From Candidatus Latescibacterota bacterium (GTDB lineage: Bacteria; Latescibacterota; UBA2968; UBA8231), in the NCBI GenBank assembly GCA_965206595.1, contig OZ242214.1, positions 5,248,001 to 5,312,000 on the forward strand: a stretch of DNA of 64,000 nucleotides, given 5' to 3'. Numbering within the stretch: the first letter of the stretch is position 1; each line of letters starts with the position of its first letter. Positions 1 to 9,129 of this stretch are shown one piece after another. The notes under the pieces were generated by a model that was given only the letters and a program-made list of their open reading frames with translations, searched no databases and was not told the origin of the DNA. The position numbers and the translations under genes are program-made.

Positions 1-1316
1 TCCTCGAGATCGCGGTCGCTGTGGGCCGACGAGACCACGCCCCCCGTGGAGCTCATGTTGTCGACGCCGTTGTGCCGCAGATGGCGCTGGTAGCTGCTGA
101 TCAGCTCTCCCGGCATCCCCTTCAGCTTGCTCGCATCGCTGGTGCGCAGGTCGCCTCGCTGCCCCGACGCCGCGGCAACCGCGGCGTCGGTCTCGAAGAA
201 GACGTGGAAGGTCGAGCTGATGCCGTAGACGTAGCCGGCGATGGCGTGGCGCTCGAGAACCTCCTCGAAATCGCCCCGCAGCCGCGCCGCCAGGGCGTCC
301 GCCTTTTGCGTCGGTTCGCCGGTCGCCACCTGTTGCAGACAGGCGACGCCCGCCGCGGCGGACAGCGGCGAGGCGTTGAAGGTGCCGAAGTGGACGACGC
401 GCCGGTGGCGGTCGCGCTCGGCATCGCCGGTGAAATCGAACAGCGACATGATCTCCTCGCGGCCGGTCACCGCGCCTCCCGGCATCCCTCCGGCGAGGAT
501 TTTGGCGAAGCAGGACAGATCCGGGGTGATGCCGTAGTACTGTTCGGCGCCCCCCGGTGCGAGACGGAAACCGGTGACCACTTCATCGAAAATCAGCAGC
601 ACGTCCCGTTTCGCCGTCCGGGCGCGCAAACCGTGGAGAAACTCCGGCGCGGTGGGGATGCGCCCCCACGAGGCCCCCGACGGCTCTACGATGGCCGCGG
701 CGATGTCGCCATCCTCTGCCAGGATCTCCTCGAGCCGGCCGATGTCGTTGGCAGGCGCCGTGACGAAGCTTTTCCAGACCTCCGGCGGCACTCCGAGAGA
801 GCCGTCGGCGTCGAACGGCGGCTGGAAGCCGTGCACGACGCCGTCGTGCCAGCCGTGGAAGTGGCCCTCGAAGCGGAGCACCTTGTTCCTCCCGGTGAAG
901 GCCCTGGCGAGGCGCAGTGCGAGCAGCGTCGCTTCCGTACCGGAGTTGACGAACCGAACCTTTTCGGCCGAAGGCACGAGCTGCTTGACGATTTCCCCCC
1001 ACTCCACGTGCAGGGGGTGGTCGTTGCCGAAGTGGGTGCCGTCGGCGAGGGCGCGCTGAATCGCCTCGACGACGGCCGGAGGCGAATGCCCCAGAAGCAG
1101 GGCCCCGTTGCCCAACAGGAAATCGATGTACTCGTTGCCGTCGACGTCCCACTTGCGGGCACCCTGGCCCCGCGTGACGTACATGGGAACCGGCTCGAAA
1201 TGGCGGACGTCGTGGCCGACCGCGCCCCCCAGCGCGTCGACGGCGCGCGCGTACAGGGCCGCCGATTGCCTCCGCGCTTCGGAGTAGGTCAGAAGAAAAT
1301 CGCTGGACGAGGACAT
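1..1316 (-). CDS. Class III PLP aminotransferase (glutamate-1-semialdehyde aminomutase-like), 3' end runs off the window
   Basis: Not in the ORF track because there is no stop. Manual translation from ATG 1316 gives MSSSSDFLL...RGQGARKWDVDGNEYIDFLLGNGALLLGH...FVNSGTEAT...FEGHFHGWHD...LIFDEVVTGF...AKILAGGMP...HFGTFNA, the class III motifs. Confidence 0.9.
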   Translation of the reverse strand, partial: MSSSSDFLLTYSEARRQSAALYARAVDALGGAVGHDVRHFEPVPMYVTRGQGARKWDVDGNEYIDFLLGNGALLLGHSPPAVVEAIQRALADGTHFGNDHPLHVEWGEIVKQLVPSAEKVRFVNSGTEATLLALRLARAFTGRNKVLRFEGHFHGWHDGVVHGFQPPFDADGSLGVPPEVWKSFVTAPANDIGRLEEILAEDGDIAAAIVEPSGASWGRIPTAPEFLHGLRARTAKRDVLLIFDEVVTGFRLAPGGAEQYYGITPDLSCFAKILAGGMPGGAVTGREEIMSLFDFTGDAERDRHRRVVHFGTFNASPLSAAAGVACLQQVATGEPTQKADALAARLRGDFEEVLERHAIAGYVYGISSTFHVFFETDAAVAAASGQRGDLRTSDASKLKGMPGELISSYQRHLRHNGVDNMSSTGGVVSSAHSDRDLE

Positions 1317-1755
1317 GGTATCTCCAGAGAATGGGGGGAACCGCGTGCAGCAGCTGAACCAAATAAAAGCAGCGGACTTTGCCGGACAACGCGAGATCCG
1401 CATACGGATCGAGTGCACCCGCATTCCCGCCCCGCCCAGGGTCCTTCCTGGGGCTGACGGCGCCGGGAACGGGCAGAAGCAGGGATGCAGCCAAACCGCA
1501 CTATGAAGATCGAGGGAATGAATCGCGCGGATATTCTGGTTTGGATCGAACCGCGATAAGCTCTCAAGGATGCGTCGGCGTCCGATCCAAGCGGAATTGC
1601 GCGCGCAGGCAGTTAGGTCCTGCAGGCCGGATGGGTCCTCCGATGGGGCGAGCAGTTGCTGGAGCGGCACCTTGCGGGGCGGATGGTGATTGCGCTCCCC
1701 GAGGACGAGTTTCTGTTGCCGAGGTTCAATTCCATCAAGTGGTGAACCAGAGATC

Positions 1756-2657
1756 ATGGATGGTCCGTCGCCTGAAGATGTCGCTCGCATAGGCGTTCTG
1801 ACCGGCCGGCGGCCTACCGGCTTTCGCCGCGCGGCCGGAGAGGCTACACCGCGGCCGCGCGCTGGGTGGTGGACTTGGAAGGCGCCACCGCGGCGTTCGC
1901 CAAGATCGGCGTCGATAGATTGACGGCGAGGTGGCTGCGAGAGGAACACAGGGTGTATTCCGCCCTCGACGGCGACTTCATGCCCAAGCTGCTCGGGTGG
2001 GACGACGGCGAACGACCGCTGCTGTTGCTGGAGGACCTGAGCGGCTGCTTCTGGCCGCCCCCATGGAATGCCGGGAGAGTCGACCAGATCCTCGAAGCGC
2101 TCGCGCGCCTGCGAGCCGCGGATCACGGAGGCCATCTTTCGCCCCTGGACGCTGCCGATTCGGGTCTTGCAGGATGTTGGAACAGGGTGGCAGAGGAACC
2201 GGCGCCGTTTCTGTCTCTCGGTTTGGCGACCGGCCGCTGGCTCCGGGACAGCGCGCCGGTACTAGCGGCGGCCGCTGACGACGCGGTGATCGAAGGCATG
2301 TTCCCCACCCACCTGGACGTGCGCAGCGACAATGTCTGCTTCCGCGACGGGCGGGCGGTCGACGGGCGGGCGGTCATGGTGGACTGGAACCACGCCGTTC
2401 TCGCCCACCCGGACCTGGACATCGCCGGATGGGCGCCGAGTCTGCACGCCGAAGGGGGACCGGCTCCGGAAGAGATCCTGCCCGGCCGCGGGCAAATGGC
2501 CGCGGTGATCAGCGGCTACTTCGCCAAGCGGGCCGGCATGCCGATCATCCCTACGGCGCCGCGCGTGCGCGAGGTGCAGCGGCAGCAGCTCCGCACGTCG
2601 CTGCCTTGGGCGGTGCGCGAGCCGGGACTGCCGCCGCTCGATGGTCCGGCGGTGTGA
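1756..2657 (+). CDS. Aminoglycoside/choline phosphotransferase (APH)-like kinase with an apparent frameshift near 1840
   Basis: ORF 1866..2657 has HLDVRSDN and VDW kinase motifs. The frame from ATG 1756 (MDGPSPEDVARIG...RRAAG) joins GYTAAARWVVDL after a frame change at gccggagaggctac. Confidence 0.7.
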
Positions 2658-2725
2658 GCCGTGTGCGCGCAGAGCCGCTGAACGGATGTCTCCGAGGTCC
2701 GGACTGACGCTCGGGGAAGGGGCGC

Positions 2726-3493
2726 CTACTTCGTTTCCTCTGTCGGTTTTTCCTGGGGTGTTTCTTCGTTCGCCGTTTTTTCGGGAGCTGAGATTTCAGC
2801 AGTCGGTGTTTCGAGCGTCGGTCCAGGTGATGCCTTTTCGGCCGGTGTTTCTTCGCTCACCGTTTTTTCAGGGGCGGCCTTTTTCGAGGGCGTCGTTTCC
2901 ACCTGGGCTTTTTCTGAAGCGGCAGTTGTTTTTTCAGGTACAGGCGTGCCGGTTGCCTTTTCCTCTTTCGGTTTTTCAGGGGATGCTATTTCGGCCGCTG
3001 TTTTTTCGGAGGTTGCCTTTTCGGCCGCTGTTTCTTCGCTCACCGTTTTTTCAGGGGCGGTCTTTTCGGAAGGCGTTGTTTCGCCCGGGAGTTTATCTGG
3101 AGCGGCGGTCTTTTCGGCTTTCGTTTTTTGAGGAGCCGGTTTTTCAACCGCTTTGGGTGGTTTTGGGGCCTTTTTCGCCGCCGCCGGCTTGGTGGGTTCC
3201 ATGGGTTTCTTGGCCTGGGCTTTTTTGGCCGCAGGTTTGGGTTTTTTCAGGTGCTTGCTCACCAGGGTAGCGACCTGAAAGATGTTGACCTGTTTCTTGC
3301 CCCCCAGCACCTGCTGAAGGACCTTGTCGGCATTGATCATGCGCCGGTCCGTGTCCTGCAGGCTGCGCTCGTTGATGTAGTCCCAGAATTTGCGGATGAT
3401 CTCCCCGCGAGTCCGGGGAGTATCGCCGACGATTGCGGAGAGCTTCTTGTCGGGCTCAAGTATCTGGGTGGAAACTTTCTTGAAGTCCATCAT
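2726..3493 (-). CDS. SWIB/MDM2-domain protein with a long low-complexity K/E/T/A/P tail
   Basis: N-terminus LSAIVG...TRGEIIRKFWDYINERSLQD..RRMINAD..L..VLG.KKQVNIFQV...VSKHL is a typical SWIB domain, followed by EKTA/SEET repeats. Confidence 0.85.
   Translation of the reverse strand: MMDFKKVSTQILEPDKKLSAIVGDTPRTRGEIIRKFWDYINERSLQDTDRRMINADKVLQQVLGGKKQVNIFQVATLVSKHLKKPKPAAKKAQAKKPMEPTKPAAAKKAPKPPKAVEKPAPQKTKAEKTAAPDKLPGETTPSEKTAPEKTVSEETAAEKATSEKTAAEIASPEKPKEEKATGTPVPEKTTAASEKAQVETTPSKKAAPEKTVSEETPAEKASPGPTLETPTAEISAPEKTANEETPQEKPTEETK
2841..3062. repeat. Imperfect direct repeats within the SWIB tail
   Basis: tgtttcttcgctcaccgttttttcaggggcgg occurs near 2846 and near 3029, with a degenerate copy near 2758. 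It encodes PEKTVSEET. Confidence 0.75.
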
Positions 3494-3618
3494 CTACCTC
3501 CTGGGGCGAATCTGCGGAGAATGTTGCGCAGGTATGGTTCGAATCGCTGCGGCCGCTCAAGGGTATTGGTGAGGTGCAGTCTGCGCAAATACCGGATAAA
3601 CAGCCGGATAGGCAGGCG

Positions 3619-4848
3619 ATGAAAACTCTGGCGCATGCGGATTTCCCACGGAAGGAGTACGTCGCGAGATACACGCGCATGCAGGAAGCCCTGAAGCGGC
3701 GCGGGCTGGACGGCCTGCTGCTCACCGGGCGGTCCAACCTGCGCTACTTCGCCGGACTCCGGGACGGCGCTTGGGACGCCCACCACTTCTACTTCCCGGC
3801 GGTGCTGCCCGCGGAAGGCGAGCCGGTGTTGATGGCGTCCGACGGCTTTCAGCACCTGGTGAAGCAGTGCTGGATCGAGGACGTGCGGCACTGGCCGCTG
3901 TCCCGGGAGTTCTACATGTCGAGGGAGTTCGCGGGGACGCCCCTGATCTTGGAGGTGCTGCGCGAAAAAGGTTTGGACCGCGGCGTTCTCGGAATGGAGC
4001 TCAGCTCTGACCTGCAGCCGCACATGGGCCACGAGCATTTCGCCGGAATCCTGGCGGGACTTCCGCGGGCGCACATCGTCGATGGCAGCGACGCGGTCTG
4101 GTCGATCCGAAGCGTCAAGTCGGAGGCCGAGATCTCGCGCCTGCGCAAGGCAGCCGAAATTTCCGCCAAGGGGGTGAAGGCCGGCTTCGAACGGCTGCAG
4201 GCGGGCATGACCGAAAAGGAGGTGGCCGACGTCATGACCTCGGCCATGTGCGCCTCCGGGGCCAGTGAGCAGCGCTTCAATGCCCTCTATGCCGGACCGC
4301 GCGCCATGTGGGCCGACGGCATGCCGACCGACTACGCGCTACAGCCCGGCGACCTCGTGCAATTCGACGGCGGCTGCGTGTACGAGGGCTACTGGTGCGA
4401 CTTCAAGAGAATGGCGGCGCTGGGCGAGCCGCGGGCCGATCAGCGCCGCCACTTCGATCTTGCCCGCCAGGGCCTGGAAGCGGCCATCGACATGGTGAAA
4501 CCGGGAGTCGAGATCGCCGCCTTGCTACAGGCGGCTTTCGCTGTCAACAACCGCGCCGGGTACCGCCCCTTTTCCGAGTGGTGCCTGCGGTCGGGTTGGT
4601 CGGCGATCGGGCACGGCCTCGGCCTCGACCTGCACGAGCAGCCGGGACTGTCGGCGGTAAACACCGCCCCCTTGGAGGAGAATATGGTGCTCTGCGTCGA
4701 GCCGTTCGTCACCCTCGATGGAGTGTTTCCTTTCTGGGAGGCGAGCGAGAAGTTCGGCCTCGAAGACGTCTTGCTGGTAACCGCCGACGGAGCCGAGGTG
4801 TTGACCTCCGAGGAGGCGGTCACACGGGACTTGTGGGTGGCCGGATGA
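3619..4848 (+). CDS. M24 Xaa-Pro aminopeptidase / creatinase family protein
   Basis: Creatinase-like N-terminus (GLDGLLL...NLRYFAG), then RSVKSEAEI, D-GCVYEGYWCD, GHGLGLDLHE, VEP and LED motifs. Confidence 0.9.
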   Translation: MKTLAHADFPRKEYVARYTRMQEALKRRGLDGLLLTGRSNLRYFAGLRDGAWDAHHFYFPAVLPAEGEPVLMASDGFQHLVKQCWIEDVRHWPLSREFYMSREFAGTPLILEVLREKGLDRGVLGMELSSDLQPHMGHEHFAGILAGLPRAHIVDGSDAVWSIRSVKSEAEISRLRKAAEISAKGVKAGFERLQAGMTEKEVADVMTSAMCASGASEQRFNALYAGPRAMWADGMPTDYALQPGDLVQFDGGCVYEGYWCDFKRMAALGEPRADQRRHFDLARQGLEAAIDMVKPGVEIAALLQAAFAVNNRAGYRPFSEWCLRSGWSAIGHGLGLDLHEQPGLSAVNTAPLEENMVLCVEPFVTLDGVFPFWEASEKFGLEDVLLVTADGAEVLTSEEAVTRDLWVAG

Positions 4849-5219
4849 AGCGCCGGCAGCGCAATGCGTCGCTGGTCTACTCGACGGAGCACGGTCGCCT
4901 CTGTCCCGGGTGCGACCAGCCGGCCGCCGAGTGCAGCTGCTCCACTCCGGCGGCAGGAAAATCGAAGGCCCCGAAAGGGGGCGGAGTCCTCCGCGTCGGG
5001 CGCGAGACCAAGGGACGCAAGGGGAAGGGAGTGACCGTCGTCACCGGCCTTCCCCTCGGGACCGAGGAGCTGCAGGAACTGGCGAAGCGCCTCAAGGCCC
5101 GCTGCGGAGCCGGCGGTACGGTAAAGGACGGGGTGATCGAGATTCAGGGAGAGCACCGCGACGCCGTGGTGCGCGCCCTCGAAGCGGAGGGGTTTGCCGC
5201 CAGGAGGGCCGGCGGATGA
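4845..5219 (+). CDS. yciH: Translation initiation factor SUI1 family (YciH)
   Basis: LVYSTEHGR...RETKGRKGKGVTVV...LKARCGAGGTVKDGVIEIQGEH. ATGA overlap with the upstream gene. Confidence 0.92.
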   Translation: MKRRQRNASLVYSTEHGRLCPGCDQPAAECSCSTPAAGKSKAPKGGGVLRVGRETKGRKGKGVTVVTGLPLGTEELQELAKRLKARCGAGGTVKDGVIEIQGEHRDAVVRALEAEGFAARRAGG

Positions 5220-5280
5220 GTGGGCGGCCGCGCCCACCTTCAGATTTCGGGTGGCTGGTCAGCCGCGGCCGGAAAACGAG

Positions 5281-6205
5281 TCAGGGGGACCCGGAGCCAG
5301 GGACGTCGACATCGACGGCGCGGATGCGTCCGTCGCCCGGAAAGCGCTCCTGCCCCAACACCTTCGACTCGCACAGGAACAGCGTTCTCATCTCCGGGCC
5401 TCCGAGCGTACAGGCGTAGGCGCTGTACCCCTCGACGTCGATGCGGTCGGCGATCTTGCCCCCTTCCCTGACACGCACGTATCCCCCCGGGCCGCCGTAT
5501 TCGAAGTAGCAGAGGGCAACCCATACGCACCCCTCCTCATCCATGCAGATGCCGTCAGGCGGAGCGCCGAGGTCGGCCCAGGGCCGGCGGTTGACGAGCG
5601 AGCCGTCGGCGTCGATGTCGAAGGCGGTGAGGCGGAAGCCTATCGATTCGGCGAAGATGAGGGTCTTGCCGTCCGGGGTGATGCAGGCGCCGTTGGGGCA
5701 GGTCACGCGGTCGGCGACGATGCGGGATTCGAACCGTCCGCCGTCCTGCTGTACGAGGACGACGTACCCGAACCTCTGCATGTTGCCGGGGTTGGGGATC
5801 TTCGATTCGTCCCAGCCGTCCGCGGGGCTGCCCGATGTAGGCGCGCCCCCCCGCGGCGACAACCATGTCGTTGCAGATGTTGCCGGTGACCGCCGTCATG
5901 TCGGCAACCTCCTCCAGCGCGCCGCCGCGCATCGCCATCAGCTTTCCGTCCATGACCGAGACCACGATCAGGGTGCCGTCAGGCAGCCACCCGAGGCCGG
6001 AGGGCATGCCTGGGACCTCCGCGATCTCCTCGAGGCTTCCGTCGAGGCCGAGGCTCATCACCTTTTTCCCGAGGATGTCGGAGTAGAACAGCCGTCCCTC
6101 CCCGGCGCTGTCAGCCTCCGCCTGAGGCAGCATGCCGGCGGTGCGCCAGCGAGGTCCTTCGGGAAAGAACAGTCCGCCGGCGAGCAGGTCGGGAGTACGG
6201 GCCAC
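5281..6205 (-). CDS. SMP-30/gluconolactonase/LRE family protein with an apparent frameshift near 5831
   Basis: GTG start at 6205 after AGGAGG. FPEGPRW...PSGLGW...CNDMVV...GRAYIG is in one frame and PNG...PDGICMD..GCVWVA...CTLGGP in another (ORF 5281..5862). Confidence 0.8.
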
Positions 6206-6305
6206 GACAGGCCTCCTGGTGAGGGCGATTGCGATCTCTGCGGTGCGTATATATTTACGGGAAATCGGAATGTCATAGCGACCATGACCGGGGGGGAGAG
6301 AAGAG

Positions 6306-7196
6306 ATGGGCCTGACCCTTGAACAGCTTGCCGAATACGACCAACAGGGCGTTGTGGTCGCCCGGGGGATCCTCGAAGAGTACGACCTGCAACCAGTCAT
6401 AGACGAGATCGTCGAGTTCATCGATTCCAGGGCGCGTGAGCTCCATACCGGCGGCAAGATCGAGCATCTGCACGAGGAGGAGCCGTTCGACCTCCGCTTC
6501 GGTCTGCTGGCGCGGCAGTGCGGGGAGATCGCGCAGGGCATGGACATCATGCACCACCGCGGTCCGTCGATGTTCGGGTTTCTGTTCAACGACCACCTTC
6601 TCGACGCCGTCGAGTCGATCGTCGGACCGGAGATCACCTGCAGTCCGATCCAGCACATTCGCCCCAAGCCGCCGGCGACTTCCGATGGGGAGGGAACCGG
6701 CAGCCTCGGCGCAGTTCCCTGGCACCAGGATGCCGGGGTGATGATGGAGGAGGCGGAGGACACCAACATCGTCACCTGCTGGCTGCCCCTGGGAGATTCC
6801 ACAAGGGAAATGGGTTGCCTGCAGGCGCTGCCCGGGGTCAACAGGATCGGTTACGTCAAGCACCAGGCTGCGGGCGGAACCACGGTAGCCCCCGGCCAGA
6901 TTCCCGACATGGACCCCGTCGACCTCGAGTGCCGCCGCGGCGACGTCATCTTCATGCACCGCTTCATCCCCCACCGCTCGATGCCCAACCGCTCCGACCG
7001 CTGCCGCTGGTCGATGGATCTCCGCTACCAGACCAGCGGACAGCACACCGGCCGTACCGGACACCCGGCCTTCGTCGTGCGCAGCGCCTCGGCCCCCGAC
7101 AGCGTACAGCGCGATTTCGGCGAATGGTGCGAGCGCTGGGTCGACGCCTTCGAGAACCCCAGCGGGTTCGTCGGCCATCGCCGCGACTTGGGATAG
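6306..7196 (+). CDS. Phytanoyl-CoA dioxygenase (PhyH)-family Fe(II)/2OG oxygenase
   Basis: PWHQD, TCWLPL...GCLQ, HRS..N and RWSMDLRY motifs. Confidence 0.9.
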   Translation: MGLTLEQLAEYDQQGVVVARGILEEYDLQPVIDEIVEFIDSRARELHTGGKIEHLHEEEPFDLRFGLLARQCGEIAQGMDIMHHRGPSMFGFLFNDHLLDAVESIVGPEITCSPIQHIRPKPPATSDGEGTGSLGAVPWHQDAGVMMEEAEDTNIVTCWLPLGDSTREMGCLQALPGVNRIGYVKHQAAGGTTVAPGQIPDMDPVDLECRRGDVIFMHRFIPHRSMPNRSDRCRWSMDLRYQTSGQHTGRTGHPAFVVRSASAPDSVQRDFGEWCERWVDAFENPSGFVGHRRDLG

Positions 7197-7203
7197 TGCT
7201 CGC

Positions 7204-8778
7204 ATGAGACCACGTCGGGCGCTGCCGACACTGGTGCTGTTTTTTTCTGCCGCGCTCGCTGCGCAGGAGTACCCACCCGGCACCTTCGAGCTGACTCCAA
7301 CCTGGGACCTGGGGTTGCAGCCGAGCCCCCTTGTCGTGCCGGAGCGATTCGAAGTGGAGATTCCCGGCGACATCACCCTCAACATGCCACCCGGTTTCAG
7401 CGCCCAGGTGTTCGCCTCCACCGGACTGGTCGGCCCACGGTTCATGGCTTGGAGTCCCGACGGGGTGCTGCACGTCGCCAGCATGCGCCTGCGAAGCGAG
7501 GTGGTCGCCCTTCCGGACCGGGACGGCGACGGCGTCGCCGACGAGTGGTACGTCGCCGCCGGCGGTTTCCGCTGGCTGCACAGCATCGCCTTCTTCGCCG
7601 GCGATCTCTACGCGGCCGACACCCATGTGCTGGTCCGCCTGTCCGACCTCGACGGCGACGGGGTGTTCGAAGAGCGCGCCGAGTTGGCTCCGCTGCCGGA
7701 AGCCGACGGCGACCTGCATCCGACACGCACGGTGGTGATCGATGAGCTTCGCAGGAAGATCTACGTCAACGTCGGCTCCACCTGCGACCTGTGCCGGGAG
7801 GCGACACCGGAGCGGGCCGCGGTCCTCGAGTTCGACTTCGACGGCTCCAATCGCCGCGTCTTCGCCTCCGGCCTGCGCAACGCCACCGGACTGGCGCTGC
7901 ACCCCTCGACGAACGAGCTGTGGGGGGTCGTCAACGGTCACGACCGCGAGGGTTCCCGGTTGCCGCCCGAGCGTATCGACATCATCCGCGACGGCGGTTT
8001 TTATGGATGGCCGTTCGCCTACGCGTACCGTTCGTGGGTCGACTTTTCGGTGCTTCAGTACGCCCCGGTGCTTCCCATCACCCGGGATGACAGCCTGCTC
8101 GTCGCCTCGATTCCGCGTCCGGTGGCCCTCGCTCCGGCGCGCCTGGCGCCGATGGGCATTCACTTCTACACCGCCGACCGATTCCCCCCGGAGTACCGGA
8201 ACGCCGCCTTCATCGCCTTCCGCGCCGGCCACAAGGCCGCGGTTCCCGGGTGGAAGGTGATGGTGCTGTTCGTCGAGCCCGACGGCAGCGGCGCGGTGCT
8301 GGCCGACTTCATGACCGGACTCGGTCCGCTGGTCAGGGATGCCTCCGCGGTTCCCGGCGAGGGTGTGCGCGGCCAACCGGTAGGGGTCACCACCGACGCC
8401 GAGGGTGCTCTCTACGTCACCAGCGACTTCGTCAATCACATGGTGATACGCGTAACCTACGAAGCCCCTACCGCGGCCGAAGAGGCAGGGGAGGAGCCGG
8501 CCGACTTCGAGCTGGAGGCCAACTACCCGAACCCGTTCAACGCGAGCACGGCAATCCGCTACTCGTTGCGGGCGGTCGCGGATGTCGAGCTGGTTCTGTT
8601 CGACGTCACCGGCCGCCGTGTGGCAACCCTCGTCGACGGGGTGCAGCCGGCGGGCCGGCACACCGCCTATTGGGACGGCCGCATGAACAGCGGCGTCGAG
8701 GTCGCCAGCGGCATCTACATCTACCGCCTGCGGGTCGGAGAGCGGCAGCGGGCGCGCAAGCTGCTGCTGCTGCGCTGA
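7204..8778 (+). CDS. Secreted glucose/sorbosone dehydrogenase-like beta-propeller with C-terminal FlgD-Ig / secretion-CTD module
   Basis: Signal peptide, FASGLRN and GGFYGWP motifs. C-terminus ANYPNPFNASTAIRY...GRRVATLV...WDG...VASGIYIYRL. Confidence 0.85.
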   Translation: MRPRRALPTLVLFFSAALAAQEYPPGTFELTPTWDLGLQPSPLVVPERFEVEIPGDITLNMPPGFSAQVFASTGLVGPRFMAWSPDGVLHVASMRLRSEVVALPDRDGDGVADEWYVAAGGFRWLHSIAFFAGDLYAADTHVLVRLSDLDGDGVFEERAELAPLPEADGDLHPTRTVVIDELRRKIYVNVGSTCDLCREATPERAAVLEFDFDGSNRRVFASGLRNATGLALHPSTNELWGVVNGHDREGSRLPPERIDIIRDGGFYGWPFAYAYRSWVDFSVLQYAPVLPITRDDSLLVASIPRPVALAPARLAPMGIHFYTADRFPPEYRNAAFIAFRAGHKAAVPGWKVMVLFVEPDGSGAVLADFMTGLGPLVRDASAVPGEGVRGQPVGVTTDAEGALYVTSDFVNHMVIRVTYEAPTAAEEAGEEPADFELEANYPNPFNASTAIRYSLRAVADVELVLFDVTGRRVATLVDGVQPAGRHTAYWDGRMNSGVEVASGIYIYRLRVGERQRARKLLLLR

Positions 8779-8878
8779 GTTTCGCGTTCGTCGGGCGCCT
8801 TGTCGGCGAAAGGCCGGCCATGGCCTACCTTCTCCTGTTGCAGCCGCAGACTGCCGCCGCGAACAGAAAGGGCTTCCG

Positions 8879-9094
8879 ATGCCTATCCGCGAGTACCAGT
8901 GCCAGGAGTGCCAGCACCTGTTCGAGGTTGTCGAGCTTTCCGCAGCGACGGCAACGGTATGTGATTCCTGCGGCAGCGATCGGCTGGATCGCCAGCTGTC
9001 CTCCTTCGCCAGCCTCCCTGCGCGCTCCGCCCCGCAGACCCCTTGCGGCCCCTGCGGGTGCGCGCCCTCCGAGGCCTGCACCTGGGAAAACTGA
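8879..9094 (+). CDS. FmdB-family zinc-ribbon protein
   Basis: MPIREYQCQECQHLFE...CDSCGS. Confidence 0.85.
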   Translation: MPIREYQCQECQHLFEVVELSAATATVCDSCGSDRLDRQLSSFASLPARSAPQTPCGPCGCAPSEACTWEN

Positions 9095-9129
9095 CCCCCG
9101 GCGTGGGCGAGTGACGGAGGGGCCAACTG

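Noticed and set aside
2750-3130. Spaced repeats resembling a CRISPR array
   Set aside because: They are in-frame coding repeats of the SWIB tail, irregularly spaced, with no cas genes.
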